Shown here: positions 1-9,705 of the stretch, piece by piece
Layout of the letters: each line of letters starts with the position of its first letter
How positions within the stretch are numbered: the first letter of the stretch is position 1
Origin: Planctomycetota bacterium
GTDB lineage: Bacteria; Planctomycetota; Planctomycetia; Pirellulales; Pirellulaceae
DNA: 64,000 bases
NCBI GenBank assembly: GCA_031409895.1
Contig: JANNYC010000189.1
Span: 1,975-65,974, forward strand
Direction: 5' to 3'
Translations under genes and position numbers: made by a program
The notes under the pieces: model-generated
The model's database searches: none
What the model was told of the DNA's origin: nothing
The model's input: only the letters and a program-made list of their open reading frames with translations

Positions 1-1
1 G

Positions 2-1078
2 GGTGATCGGATTCGCGTTGGGTTCATCTCGCGACATTTCCGCAATCACACGATTGGCCGACTGAACCTTGGTGTGGTCGAAAAGTTGCCTCGCGACCGA
101 TTTGAAGTCGTCGTGATTTCCGTTGGCCACTACGACGATATGCTGGCCCAGCGATTCAAGGCGGCCGCCAGCCGTTACATCGAATTGCCGACGAATTTGC
201 CGACGATTCGCCAGCAAGTCACCGAACTCAACCTAGATATTTTAATGTTTTCCGATATCGGAATGGACACGCTGACTTATACCCTTGCCATGTCGCGCAT
301 GGCCCCGATTCAATGTGCGACGTGGGGGCATCCGATCACTTCGGGCAGCCCGGCGATGGATTACTTTATTTCCAGCAAGACACTGGAAGTCGCCGGAGCC
401 GACGATCACTATACGGAACGGCTTGAGCGATTCGGCGTGTTGAACGCATATTACTACCGGCCCGAAAAGCCAGCGATCAAAAAGCGTACGGACTTTGGAT
501 TGAGCCCGGACCGAAATTTGTATTTGTGTTTCCAAAACTTGTTCAAGTTCCATCCAGAATTCGATGTGATTTTGCGCGGAATTTTGGAGCGAGATCCCAA
601 AGCCGAAATGGTGTTCATGGAAGGCAAGCACCCGAAGTGGACGGACTTGCTCAAGGAACGCTGGAATCGGACGCTAGGGCGGCACATGGACCAAGTTCGC
701 TTTTTGCCCGGCCAATCACATCCCGATTTCATGAGTCTATATGCACTGTCCGACGTGTCCCTCGACCCGATTCATTTCGGCGGTGGAAACACGACGTACG
801 AAGCGCTCGCGGTCGGCTTGCCGGTCGTCACGCTTCCATCGCAATTTCTTCGTTGCCGAATTTCCGCCGCCCAATACGAGCAAATCGGCGTGCGCGACTT
901 TACCGTCGAGTCGCCGGACCAGTATGTCGACTTGGCGGTCAAGCTGGGAACGGATCGCGAATATCGTCGGCATGCCAGCGAACGAATACTCAGCGCTTGC
1001 GATGTGCTGTTCGAAGACCAGCGTGCCGTCGACGAATATTCTCGTTTCTTTGAGTCAGCTTATTCAGCACGGCACTAG
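2..1078 (+). CDS. O-GlcNAc-transferase-like glycosyltransferase (GT41/SPINDLY-type catalytic region), 5' end cut by window edge
   Basis: ORF 74..1078 stays open in the same frame back to base 2 (GDRIRVGFISRHFRNHTIGRL...). The blocks GHPxTSG, DxxLDPxxFGGGNTTxEAL and GxPVVTL resemble the C-terminal half of TPR-GT41 enzymes. Confidence 0.65.
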   Translation, partial: GDRIRVGFISRHFRNHTIGRLNLGVVEKLPRDRFEVVVISVGHYDDMLAQRFKAAASRYIELPTNLPTIRQQVTELNLDILMFSDIGMDTLTYTLAMSRMAPIQCATWGHPITSGSPAMDYFISSKTLEVAGADDHYTERLERFGVLNAYYYRPEKPAIKKRTDFGLSPDRNLYLCFQNLFKFHPEFDVILRGILERDPKAEMVFMEGKHPKWTDLLKERWNRTLGRHMDQVRFLPGQSHPDFMSLYALSDVSLDPIHFGGGNTTYEALAVGLPVVTLPSQFLRCRISAAQYEQIGVRDFTVESPDQYVDLAVKLGTDREYRRHASERILSACDVLFEDQRAVDEYSRFFESAYSARH

Positions 1079-1411
1079 TGCGCTTCCTTGCTAAAAATAG
1101 GCAAGCTAATTGGCCATGGCGAATTTGAGTACAAGCAAAGGAAATTTAGCGCTTTCTGGCATGCGTCGTTCGCCAGATTGCGTTGCAAAGCGTAGTACGG
1201 ACGACTATCCTATAGCCTACTGATCGGTTTCAAGCCGATACTCGCAATCCTCGATCAGGGATGTTTTCGGTACCTGGTTTGGTGTGCGGATGCTGCGTTT
1301 CGGCCACCACGAACCAGCGATTTTATTGATGCGTTGATCGCGCGGAATGAATTGAGTCGAACCAGTCTGTTTCCAGTTTATCTGCAATTCGTCGCGGAAT
1401 CGAAAAAAAAG

Positions 1412-2050
1412 ATGCAATCGGATAAGGCATTCTTGGTCGTCATCAACGTCACCGCTGCGGAGTGGCGCATCCAGATTTCGAACGAGCCACAGATCATCGG
1501 TCGTGGCAAAGAGGCGAACATCGTAGTGCGTAAATCCGACTTCAGCGTTTCGCGAAAGCACGCCAAAATTTGGATCGACAAACGAGTTTGGATCGAAGAT
1601 TTAGAATCGACGTATGGGACGCGTGTCAACGGCGTCAAACTTGCGCCTCGACGCGCGACCGAAATAAATCTTAATGACCGCATTGCGATGGGTTTGTTGG
1701 AATTTCTGTTGGTTGATGAACAAGGTATGGAGGCTCGCGCCGCCGAAATCCGTGTCGATGAAAGCAGCTCCGATGAATCGGTTCTACAAGAATCGCGCGT
1801 TAGATTGGTCGAGGGCCAATTGCCGGTCGCGACACTCGAGCAGTTGAGCAATGCCGAACGTGATGTCGTCCTGTGGATCATGCGCGGCGTCACAGAAGCT
1901 GAGGACATTGGCAAACACCTTAGCCGCAGCGCGAACACGATTCGCACACATCTGAACAATATTTTCCGAAAGCTCAATGTTCATTCGCGACACGAGCTAA
2001 TGTCGAAGCTACTCAAGCACGACAACGGTGCTGGCCAAACTCCGGTTTGA
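1412..2050 (+). CDS. FHA-domain / LuxR(GerE)-type HTH transcriptional regulator
   Basis: In-frame ATG at 1412 within ORF 1334..2050. N-terminal FHA signature (IIGRGKEANIVVRKSDFSVSRKHAKI...DLESTYGTRVNG). C-terminal LuxR HTH (LSNAERDVVLWIMRGVTEAEDIGKHLSRSANTIRTHLNNIFRKLNV). Confidence 0.8.
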   Translation: MQSDKAFLVVINVTAAEWRIQISNEPQIIGRGKEANIVVRKSDFSVSRKHAKIWIDKRVWIEDLESTYGTRVNGVKLAPRRATEINLNDRIAMGLLEFLLVDEQGMEARAAEIRVDESSSDESVLQESRVRLVEGQLPVATLEQLSNAERDVVLWIMRGVTEAEDIGKHLSRSANTIRTHLNNIFRKLNVHSRHELMSKLLKHDNGAGQTPV

Positions 2051-2091
2051 CGGATGGGTTCGAACAGTACGTCCGCTAGTTTTGAGGTGCG

Positions 2092-3369
2092 CTAATTGAA
2101 CCAGATCGCAAAGCCAAAAAACTGACCTCGAAACACGCGGCGCATTTCTTCCCAAGCCTGGGGTGTCGACAGCGGCCCTTCCTCTAGATACGGTTCGACG
2201 TTGGAGCCTTGAATCGTGAGCACCAAGTCAAAATCGCGAGGTTCGAGAAAGACTCGCTTGAGATTGATTCCGGTTCCCTTTTCGGGAAACTCAGGCTCTC
2301 TAAATATGCCGGTGGCGTATTTGCGCCAATAAGGAATGAGTTTTTTCCCTTGCAAAATAGCCTCGAGCTCGTCTAACACTTTCGTCCAGCCGGTAACGAT
2401 TTCGCGCGACACGCGAATTTGAAGCACGCCGGTTTGATCAGGATTTGGAATCCATTCGTGATCGTCGTCCATTTCGGCGTTGGCTTTCGCCCAACACAAA
2501 CGGCTTTGTTCAATCATCACTAGCAGATGCGCGTGGGCAGAAGCCATTTTGCCCTTGTCCACCAGTGGAAATTTGGCCAGATGAATTGCGGCGACCGCAT
2601 CAAGGATCATTTTTGCGTCATATAAATTTTCCGGTTTCACAACCTCTTTCGCCACAAGGTACGGCGATTCGATCTTGGGAAATAGAATCTGGCCGCAATG
2701 CTCAAACAATTCCTTTTCGTCATATGCCAGTGCAACGTCACAAATCGCCATGAGGAAATTGCAATAGCCGCGTAGCCAATGAACATCGGCACCGTCGACG
2801 GAAATATAAAAGCCTTCTCCCTGCTCTCGTTTCACGCCTGGATTAATGTCAGCAAAGATTTTCCACAATGTCTCGTCTTCGGCCAGTTTGCCGTTGCCGT
2901 CCAAGTCGATCCGTACCCTGCCGATGTAAAGCGGAATCTGAACGCTTCCCGATTTGACGTCGGCCAAAGTACTTTCGGAAGTCGCAAGCCGTTTTTGGAA
3001 ATCGGCGAGAATTTCACGCAACCGTGCATAGGAAATTTGCTGGGGTTCGGCGTTCGTTGGAATCGGCAGTCGCGCGATTGGCAAATTACCTGCATGTTGG
3101 CTTATCAAGCCGTGCCGATAGTTCGCTTGTCCCAACTGCTCAATCGCGATCAGAAACTCCGTCAAGCCCTGCGCGGTGCGCGCTTCGTCATCGCCGGAAT
3201 TCATGGCGACGATGTCGCGAAAGTACTCCTGCGCGTCGGACAACTTGCCTTGGCTCAAAAATTCGTCTAGTTTTTTTCCGTGGTCCGCAGCGGCGGCCGA
3301 CCGCCCAAAAACCATCGACGACAGCCCGAGCAAAAGGAACAGACGTTGCAATTTTTTAGCATGCGACAT
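2092..3369 (-). CDS. secreted hypothetical protein with an EF-hand-like loop
   Basis: ORF 2092..3393. The internal Met at 3369 gives a signal-peptide-like start (MSHAKKLQRLFLLLGLSSMVFGRSAAAA). It contains a DLDGNGKLAEDE loop. No family recognised. Confidence 0.55.
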   Translation of the reverse strand: MSHAKKLQRLFLLLGLSSMVFGRSAAAADHGKKLDEFLSQGKLSDAQEYFRDIVAMNSGDDEARTAQGLTEFLIAIEQLGQANYRHGLISQHAGNLPIARLPIPTNAEPQQISYARLREILADFQKRLATSESTLADVKSGSVQIPLYIGRVRIDLDGNGKLAEDETLWKIFADINPGVKREQGEGFYISVDGADVHWLRGYCNFLMAICDVALAYDEKELFEHCGQILFPKIESPYLVAKEVVKPENLYDAKMILDAVAAIHLAKFPLVDKGKMASAHAHLLVMIEQSRLCWAKANAEMDDDHEWIPNPDQTGVLQIRVSREIVTGWTKVLDELEAILQGKKLIPYWRKYATGIFREPEFPEKGTGINLKRVFLEPRDFDLVLTIQGSNVEPYLEEGPLSTPQAWEEMRRVFRGQFFGFAIWFN

Positions 3370-3392
3370 GCGAAGCTCCGTACAGATAATCA

Positions 3393-3635
3393 TTACGACT
3401 TCTTGTGACTACCTTGCAAGCTCCGAATGAGTTTCACGACTTCGCCATCTTCCGGGAAACGGTCGACTTTATGCTTGGAAAAGACAAGCTTGCCGTCGAC
3501 TTGCACGTCGAAAATTCCACCTTTGCTCTTTTCCATCTCGGCTTCAACGCCAAAATCCTTCTTCAAGTCCGCAGCCAAACTGGCTGCTTTAGGAAAGTAG
3601 TTTCACTGGCCGCAATATTCGATTTTTATTTTCAT
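3393..3635 (-). CDS. SelW-like (Rdx family) selenoprotein with in-frame UGA (Sec) at 3603..3605
   Basis: The ORF track stops at 3578, but the same frame reads ATG(3635) MKIKIEYCGQ-TGA-NYFPKAASLAADLKKDF... This gives a CxxU motif followed by GGIFDVQVDGKLVFSK...RFPEDGE, typical of SelW-like proteins. Total length is 243 nt = 81 codons in frame. Confidence 0.75.
3571..3587 (-). promoter_or_regulatory. candidate bacterial SECIS hairpin
   Basis: On the minus strand, a perfect 6-bp stem GCAGCC-AGUUU-GGCUGC begins 15 nt after the in-frame UGA. The apical loop contains GU. Confidence 0.5.
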
Positions 3636-3772
3636 TCGTTGCTTGCTTGGTAAAATTCTGCGGAATAAACACCTGCGATCCTCTCGGATGGCGACTTTAT
3701 TATTGTTGCATTTAGGCGTATTCTGGACAACGCGGCTTCCAGACAAATCAATTGCAAACATGAGGCACGATT

Positions 3773-5224
3773 ATGAATGCGACAATTGTGAAATTGCAAC
3801 CGACTCAAGTTTGGAACAACTTTGAACGATTAAACGCTGTTCCCCGGGCTTCGAAAAAAGAACAACAGGTCATCGCCTTCATGCGCGATTTCGGCACCAA
3901 GCTCGGTTTGGAAACGCTTGTCGACGAAGTTGGCAACGTCTTGATTCGAAAACCGGCGACGCCAGGCCGCGAAAAACGGAAGACCGTTATCTTGCAAGGC
4001 CATTTGGACATGGTCCATCAAAAAAACAACGACACACAATTTGACTTCGCCACGCAAGGCATTCAATCGTATGTCGATGAAGGATGGGTCAAAGCACGCG
4101 GGACAACGCTCGGTGCGGACAACGGGATCGGCGTAGCGTCGATGATGGCGGTGCTTGAGTCGGGAGATATCGAGCACGGCCCAATCGAAGCCTTGTTCAC
4201 GATCGACGAAGAGACAGGTCTTACTGGTGCGGCCCGCTTGAAACCAAATTGGCTGCGCGGCGATATCTTGCTGAACACGGACACTGAGGATCATGGTGAA
4301 TTGTGTATCGGCTGCGCTGGCGGCGTCGATACCATCGTGACGATGACTTATCCAACGACCAAGCCAACCGGCGACGTGGCGTTGGAAATCAAAATCAAAG
4401 GCTTGAAGGGGGGGCATTCAGGATGCGAAATTCATTTGGGCCGGGGAAATGCCAACAAGATTCTCAATCGATTGCTTTACATCGCGACCAAACAATTTCG
4501 CATTGGCATCGATCGCATCGACGGGGGCAATCTGCGCAACGCGATTCCGCGCGAGGCCAGCGCCGTCATCATTGTTGAAAAATCCCGACTTGCGGATTTG
4601 AAACAAAAACTACAAAAATTGGGCGAATCGATTAGCGGCGAACTGAAACGAGTCGAACCAGATTTGCTCATCAGTATCTCAGACGCGAAAATGCCTGCCG
4701 ACGTGATGGATTTTGCGGCGCAACAGAGGCTTATTGGCGCGATTTACGCAGCGCCAAACGGCGTTTTCCGCATGAGCGATGACGTACCGGGACTGGTCGA
4801 AACTTCGACTAGCATGGCCCGCGTCGCGGTAGGCGGCGGTAAAGCCCAAATTGAATTTCTGTCTCGCAGTTCCGTCGATTCCGGCAAAGATAACATCGCC
4901 GAAGCCATCGAAGCCGCTTTCGAATTGGCCGGTTGCGAAGTCAAGCACGTCGGCGGTTATCCCGGCTGGACCCCCAACAGCGATTCGATGATCGTGAAGT
5001 TAATGACCAAGGTGTACGAGAAACTTTTTGGCGAAACGCCGAAAGTCATGGCGGTCCACGCAGGCCTGGAATGCGGCATCATCGGCAGCCACTATCCTAA
5101 ACTCGATATGATTTCGTTTGGGCCGACTATTCGCAGCCCGCATTCGCCCGACGAGCGCTGTGAAATCGAAAGCGTTCAAAAGTATTGGCGTTACCTCGTC
5201 GAAGTCTTGGCGAATATTCCTTAA
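3773..5224 (+). CDS. pepD: aminoacyl-histidine dipeptidase (Xaa-His dipeptidase, M20 family)
   Basis: 483 aa. Start LQPTQVWNNFERLNAVPRASKKE and the blocks GHLDMVHQKN and DNGIG match PepD. Confidence 0.9.
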   Translation: MNATIVKLQPTQVWNNFERLNAVPRASKKEQQVIAFMRDFGTKLGLETLVDEVGNVLIRKPATPGREKRKTVILQGHLDMVHQKNNDTQFDFATQGIQSYVDEGWVKARGTTLGADNGIGVASMMAVLESGDIEHGPIEALFTIDEETGLTGAARLKPNWLRGDILLNTDTEDHGELCIGCAGGVDTIVTMTYPTTKPTGDVALEIKIKGLKGGHSGCEIHLGRGNANKILNRLLYIATKQFRIGIDRIDGGNLRNAIPREASAVIIVEKSRLADLKQKLQKLGESISGELKRVEPDLLISISDAKMPADVMDFAAQQRLIGAIYAAPNGVFRMSDDVPGLVETSTSMARVAVGGGKAQIEFLSRSSVDSGKDNIAEAIEAAFELAGCEVKHVGGYPGWTPNSDSMIVKLMTKVYEKLFGETPKVMAVHAGLECGIIGSHYPKLDMISFGPTIRSPHSPDERCEIESVQKYWRYLVEVLANIP

Positions 5225-5226
5225 CG

Positions 5227-6660
5227 ATGTCGGACACGCCGTACGAGTATGACGCGATCGTCGTTGGTTCGGGCCCCAATGGATTGGCGGCCGCGATCAC
5301 GTTGGCCGAGTCAGGCTGGAAAGTGCTTGTGCGCGAGGCTCAAGATACGATCGGCGGCGGGCTGCGTACGGCCGAATTGACTTTGCCGGGATTCAAGCAC
5401 GATGTCTGTTCCGCCATTCATCCGCTGGGTGTGGAGTCTTCATTCTTTCGGTCGCTGCCGCTTAAGAAATTGGGCGTCGATTGGATTCGCCCGCCGGTCG
5501 CTGCAGCCCATCCAATGCCTGACGGTTCCGCAGTCGCCATGAAGTTGAGTTTGGACGAAACAGCCGATGGACTTGGTGCTGATGGAAAATCGTATCGCAA
5601 ACTGCTCTCACCTTTTTCCGGACGTGAATCAGAGCTGTTTGCCGAAATACTCCGGCCGCAACGTATTCCCAAACGGCCGATTCTGATGACACGGTTTGGC
5701 TGGCGCGGCATCGCGTCAGCTCAGCAATGCGCCTCAAATTGGTTTCGTGACGAACCGATGCGCGGGATGTTTGCCGGAATGGCCGCCCATTCAATCGTGC
5801 CGCTCGATTTTCGAATGACTGCGGCCGTCGGTCTAATGTTCTGCCTCAGCGTTCACGCCAACGGCTGGCCTTATCCGCGCGGCGGATCTCAGAAATTAGC
5901 CGATGCACTGGCGACGCATCTGCGATCGCTCGGTGGCGAAATCGAAACGGGCCAACCAGTGAAGTCGCTTAAGGACTTGCCAAAAAGTCGCGCCGTTCTA
6001 TTCGACTTAAGTCCGCGCCAAGTCCTTGCGATTGCGGGAAGCGAACTGCCGGTCGCTTATCGCGGCGCTCTCGAACGCTTTCGCTACGGCCCCGGCGTTT
6101 TCAAGATTGACTATGCCCTTTCCGAACGAGTCCCGTGGACTGCCGAAGCTTGTCGGCGTGCTGGGACGGTTCACGTCGGCGGCAGCCTATCGGAAATCTC
6201 AGCGTCCGAGCACGATGCTTGGAACGGAAAAATCTCGGACAAGCCATTTGTGTTGGTCGCGCAGCAAAGCTTGTTTGACTCAAGCCGCGCTCCCGACGGC
6301 AAACACACTTTGTGGACCTATTGCCACGTCCCGCATGGGTCGACCGTCGATATGACCGAACGCCTCGAGCAGCAGATCGAACGATTTGCGCCAGGTTTTC
6401 GAGATGTAATTTTGGCCAAGCACATCCTTAACCCGGCACGCCTTGAGCAATACAACAACAATTACGTCGGGGGCGATATTGCGGGCGGTGCGATGGACTT
6501 TCGCCAAGCGATCGCGCGTCCCCTGTTGCGATGGGATCCGTATTCGACTCCCAATCCAAGACTGTATTTTTGCTCCGGATCGACACCACCCGGCCCCGGC
6601 GTTCACGGAATGTGCGGTTACTTTGCCGCGAAATCAGTGCTAAAACGGATCAAGCTCTAG
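5227..6660 (+). CDS. NAD(P)/FAD-dependent oxidoreductase, phytoene-desaturase (CrtI-like) family
   Basis: Internal Met at 5227 is followed by the dinucleotide fold YDAIVVGSGPNGLAAA. Length and C-terminal YVGGDIAGG block fit the CrtI-related family. Confidence 0.8.
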   Translation: MSDTPYEYDAIVVGSGPNGLAAAITLAESGWKVLVREAQDTIGGGLRTAELTLPGFKHDVCSAIHPLGVESSFFRSLPLKKLGVDWIRPPVAAAHPMPDGSAVAMKLSLDETADGLGADGKSYRKLLSPFSGRESELFAEILRPQRIPKRPILMTRFGWRGIASAQQCASNWFRDEPMRGMFAGMAAHSIVPLDFRMTAAVGLMFCLSVHANGWPYPRGGSQKLADALATHLRSLGGEIETGQPVKSLKDLPKSRAVLFDLSPRQVLAIAGSELPVAYRGALERFRYGPGVFKIDYALSERVPWTAEACRRAGTVHVGGSLSEISASEHDAWNGKISDKPFVLVAQQSLFDSSRAPDGKHTLWTYCHVPHGSTVDMTERLEQQIERFAPGFRDVILAKHILNPARLEQYNNNYVGGDIAGGAMDFRQAIARPLLRWDPYSTPNPRLYFCSGSTPPGPGVHGMCGYFAAKSVLKRIKL

Positions 6661-6689
6661 CGACCATTTAATTTTTTGAGAACCAACCT

Positions 6690-8819
6690 ATGCCGCGTCC
6701 AAATTTGTTTGCCGTGATTTTGGGATTTGCGTTTCTGAATTCAATTGTCCTCGGCCAAGTCGATCGACCCCCGATCGCCCCGATCAAGCCAACCAAGTTA
6801 GAAAAACATGGCGTAGTTCGCACCGACGATTATTACTGGCTGCGCGAGCGTGAAAACCCCGAAGTGCTCAAGTACATCGAAGCCGAAAACGAATACGTCA
6901 AACGACAGCTTGCCGATACGGAAGCTTTGCAAAAGACGCTTTTCGATGAAATCGTCGCGCGGATTCCAGACCACGATGTTTCCGCGCCGGTTCCCGATCG
7001 CGGCTACGTTTACTTCAGTCGTATCGACGCCGGACAACAATATCGCGTCTATTGCCGCCGCAAGGACCAGGAAGGTGCGGCCGAAGAAATAATGTTGGAC
7101 GTCAACGAACTGGCCAAAGGCAAACCCTTTTGCAGCGTCGCGGCGTTGGAGGTAAGTTCGTCCAACAACGTATTGGCCTACGCGGTGGACTTCGTCGGAC
7201 GCAGAAAATATTCGGTGTATTTCAAAGACTTGGCGACCGGAAAAGTTGGCGACACGGTGATCGAAGATGTCACCGGCAACATGCAATGGGCTGAAGACAA
7301 CCGCACTTTGTTCTACACGCGACAGGACCCCGAAACGCTTCGCTGGCATCAAGTCTTTCGCCATACTCTGGGCGAAGAACCGAAAAACGATCCGCTGATT
7401 TACCAAGAAGCCGACGAAGAATTCAGTTGCAGCGTCGGAAAATCCCGCTCGCGCCGATTTATCTTTATTGCAAGCGAACAGACTCTCAGCAGCGAATGTC
7501 GCTTCGTAAGTTCGACCGATCCAACGGCTGAGTTTCAAGTCTTCCAGCCTCGCGAACCGGAACACGAGTATCGAATCGACCATTTGGGCAGCGATTTTTT
7601 TGTGCGCACGAATTGGAACGCGAAGAATTTTCGATTGATGAAGTCGGCGGAGAACAAAACCGCAAAAGAATTTTGGACTGAAGTCGTTCCCACAAGCAAT
7701 GCGGGGTTATTGGACGATTTCGAGTTGTTCGACGGATTCTTGTCGGTCGCGACTCGCAGCGAGGGGCTCGTCAAAATTGACATTCGGTCTTGGCACGACT
7801 CCCGCGTACAACACATTGCATTTTCCGAGCCGGTCTACGTCGCCGCCATCGATGCAACTCCCGATTCAAAAACGGATTGGCTGCGATACCAGTTTGCGTC
7901 TATGAATACGCCTGACAGCGTTCGCGAATTCAATGTTCAGACGGGCGAATCGCGAGTCATCAAGCAAGAGGACATCCTTGGCGGATTCCATTCGTTGGAT
8001 TACGAGACTCGGCGAATGTGGGCAACAGCGACCGACAGAACCAAAATTCCGATTTCCTTGGTCCGTAAAAAAACGACTCCAATGGACGGAACGGCACCTT
8101 GTCTGTTGTACGGATACGGTTCGTACGGGATCAGCATGGACGCCGAATTCCAGCTATCGGTTTTGAATTTGTTAAACCGAGGCTTTGTCTACGCGGTCGC
8201 CCATATTCGCGGCGGACAAGAAATGGGGCGGGCTTGGTACGAAAACGGAAAACTCTTGCAGAAGAAAAACACGTTTTCGGACTTTATCAACGCGGGAGAG
8301 TTTTTGATTGCGGAAAAAGTCGCCGATCCGCGACGGCTTTATGCCGAAGGCGGCAGCGCTGGCGGGTTGCTGATCGGAGCGGTAATAAACATGCGGCCCG
8401 ATTTGTTCTCGGGCGTGATTGCCGAAGTCCCATTTGTCGACGTGATTACGACGATGCTCGACGACACGATTCCGCTGACGACATCGGAATACGACGAATG
8501 GGGCAATCCAAACGACCCCAAGTATTTCGAGTACATGCTGTCGTATTCACCGTACGACAATGTTCGTCCGATGGCTTATCCGAATCTGCTGGTGATGACT
8601 GGCCTTCACGATTCTCAAGTCCAATATTGGGAGCCAGCGAAATGGGTTGCCAGATTGCGGCAAGTTAAGACGGACGACAACTTGTTACTTTTCAAAACGA
8701 ACACGGATGCGGGCCACGGCGGCGCATCCGGTCGATTCGATCGATATCACGAAGTCGTTTTGCGACAAGCGTTTTTATTAAAGCTGGCCAGCCAAAGTCG
8801 GTCGCCCGCCCCGAAATAA
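6690..8819 (+). CDS. ptrB: oligopeptidase B / protease II (S9A prolyl-oligopeptidase family), secreted
   Basis: 709 aa with an N-terminal signal-like segment. It has DDYYWLRERENPEV, the catalytic GGSAGGLL, and a C-terminal D..GHGG block. Confidence 0.9.
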   Translation: MPRPNLFAVILGFAFLNSIVLGQVDRPPIAPIKPTKLEKHGVVRTDDYYWLRERENPEVLKYIEAENEYVKRQLADTEALQKTLFDEIVARIPDHDVSAPVPDRGYVYFSRIDAGQQYRVYCRRKDQEGAAEEIMLDVNELAKGKPFCSVAALEVSSSNNVLAYAVDFVGRRKYSVYFKDLATGKVGDTVIEDVTGNMQWAEDNRTLFYTRQDPETLRWHQVFRHTLGEEPKNDPLIYQEADEEFSCSVGKSRSRRFIFIASEQTLSSECRFVSSTDPTAEFQVFQPREPEHEYRIDHLGSDFFVRTNWNAKNFRLMKSAENKTAKEFWTEVVPTSNAGLLDDFELFDGFLSVATRSEGLVKIDIRSWHDSRVQHIAFSEPVYVAAIDATPDSKTDWLRYQFASMNTPDSVREFNVQTGESRVIKQEDILGGFHSLDYETRRMWATATDRTKIPISLVRKKTTPMDGTAPCLLYGYGSYGISMDAEFQLSVLNLLNRGFVYAVAHIRGGQEMGRAWYENGKLLQKKNTFSDFINAGEFLIAEKVADPRRLYAEGGSAGGLLIGAVINMRPDLFSGVIAEVPFVDVITTMLDDTIPLTTSEYDEWGNPNDPKYFEYMLSYSPYDNVRPMAYPNLLVMTGLHDSQVQYWEPAKWVARLRQVKTDDNLLLFKTNTDAGHGGASGRFDRYHEVVLRQAFLLKLASQSRSPAPK

Positions 8820-8850
8820 CCCTCGCACGGTGAATCGCGAATTGTTTAAC

Positions 8851-8919
8851 CCGGAGCCAGCGGCGACGGCGCTTTCGGCGGCTTTGGTGCGGCAATTGCG
8901 CCGTCGCCGCTGGCTCCGG
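8851..8919. terminator. long perfect hairpin between convergent genes (possible bidirectional terminator or REP-like element)
   Basis: CCGGAGCCAGCGGCGACGGCGC (8851..8872) and its exact reverse complement (8898..8919) form a 22-bp stem with a 25-nt loop. TTTT follows on the + strand. Confidence 0.5.
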
Positions 8920-8962
8920 TTTTGAAGCGTCGGATTGATGACCGTGCGACGATTCGATTCAA

Positions 8963-9484
8963 CTATTCCTTTGTATAAGTGATTTCCATCACTTTTGCGA
9001 AATCTTTCGCACCTTCCATTTTTGCGTACATGGCGAACACTCTCGTCGTGGCGTTTTTTATTACGGTCGTGTGTTTACCTTCGCCCATTTGATCCTTGCC
9101 TGTCATCGTGAGAGTCTTGGTGGCTGCGTCGTAGGTTCCCTCGAAATGGCTCATGCTTGTACTCGTGGAATCAACCCAATGGTTGACGTATTTCTTTTTT
9201 TCCGCGTCGTAACCGATGATGCCAACGCCTGAGAACGGACCCATGCCAGCCATTTCTGCTGCGAACTTCGAAACCAACCAATTTTCGCCAAGCATTTCGC
9301 TCGACTCGGTTCCGGTCGAAGTCATTACCTCGTCTGAGCCTGGTGTCCACATTTTGATTTCGGCTTTCCATTTTCCGACGGAGTCCTTGAGAACACCCAT
9401 TCCATCGCCTTGTCCATAAGCGACCGTCGCTGAAAGCAAACCGCACAGAATAAATACACACGCCAGAATCTTACGGCAGTTCAT
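8963..9484 (-). CDS. DUF1579-like secreted protein
   Basis: ATG at 9484 gives the signal peptide MNCRKILACVFILCGLLSATVAYG. The body (WKAEIKMW...MLGENWLVSKF...GYDAEKKKYV) resembles DUF1579. Confidence 0.65.
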   Translation of the reverse strand: MNCRKILACVFILCGLLSATVAYGQGDGMGVLKDSVGKWKAEIKMWTPGSDEVMTSTGTESSEMLGENWLVSKFAAEMAGMGPFSGVGIIGYDAEKKKYVNHWVDSTSTSMSHFEGTYDAATKTLTMTGKDQMGEGKHTTVIKNATTRVFAMYAKMEGAKDFAKVMEITYTKE

Positions 9485-9705
9485 TTGAAACTTCTCCAAA
9501 AAAGCAAATCGATTTTCAATCAAAGTGATTGGAGTCGAGATTAGAATTTTTCTTCGATCCGCTGTCAATCGAATCCACTCGCCAAGCGGTAAATTAAGGC
9601 TTTCTCACGAAAAGTAGTGGCAATGCTAGGCACGCGGGTTTGCGCCGAATTCAAGTTAGAGCATAATCTGTGATCGAAAAAACTAATTTACAAAACGGAC
9701 TCAAC

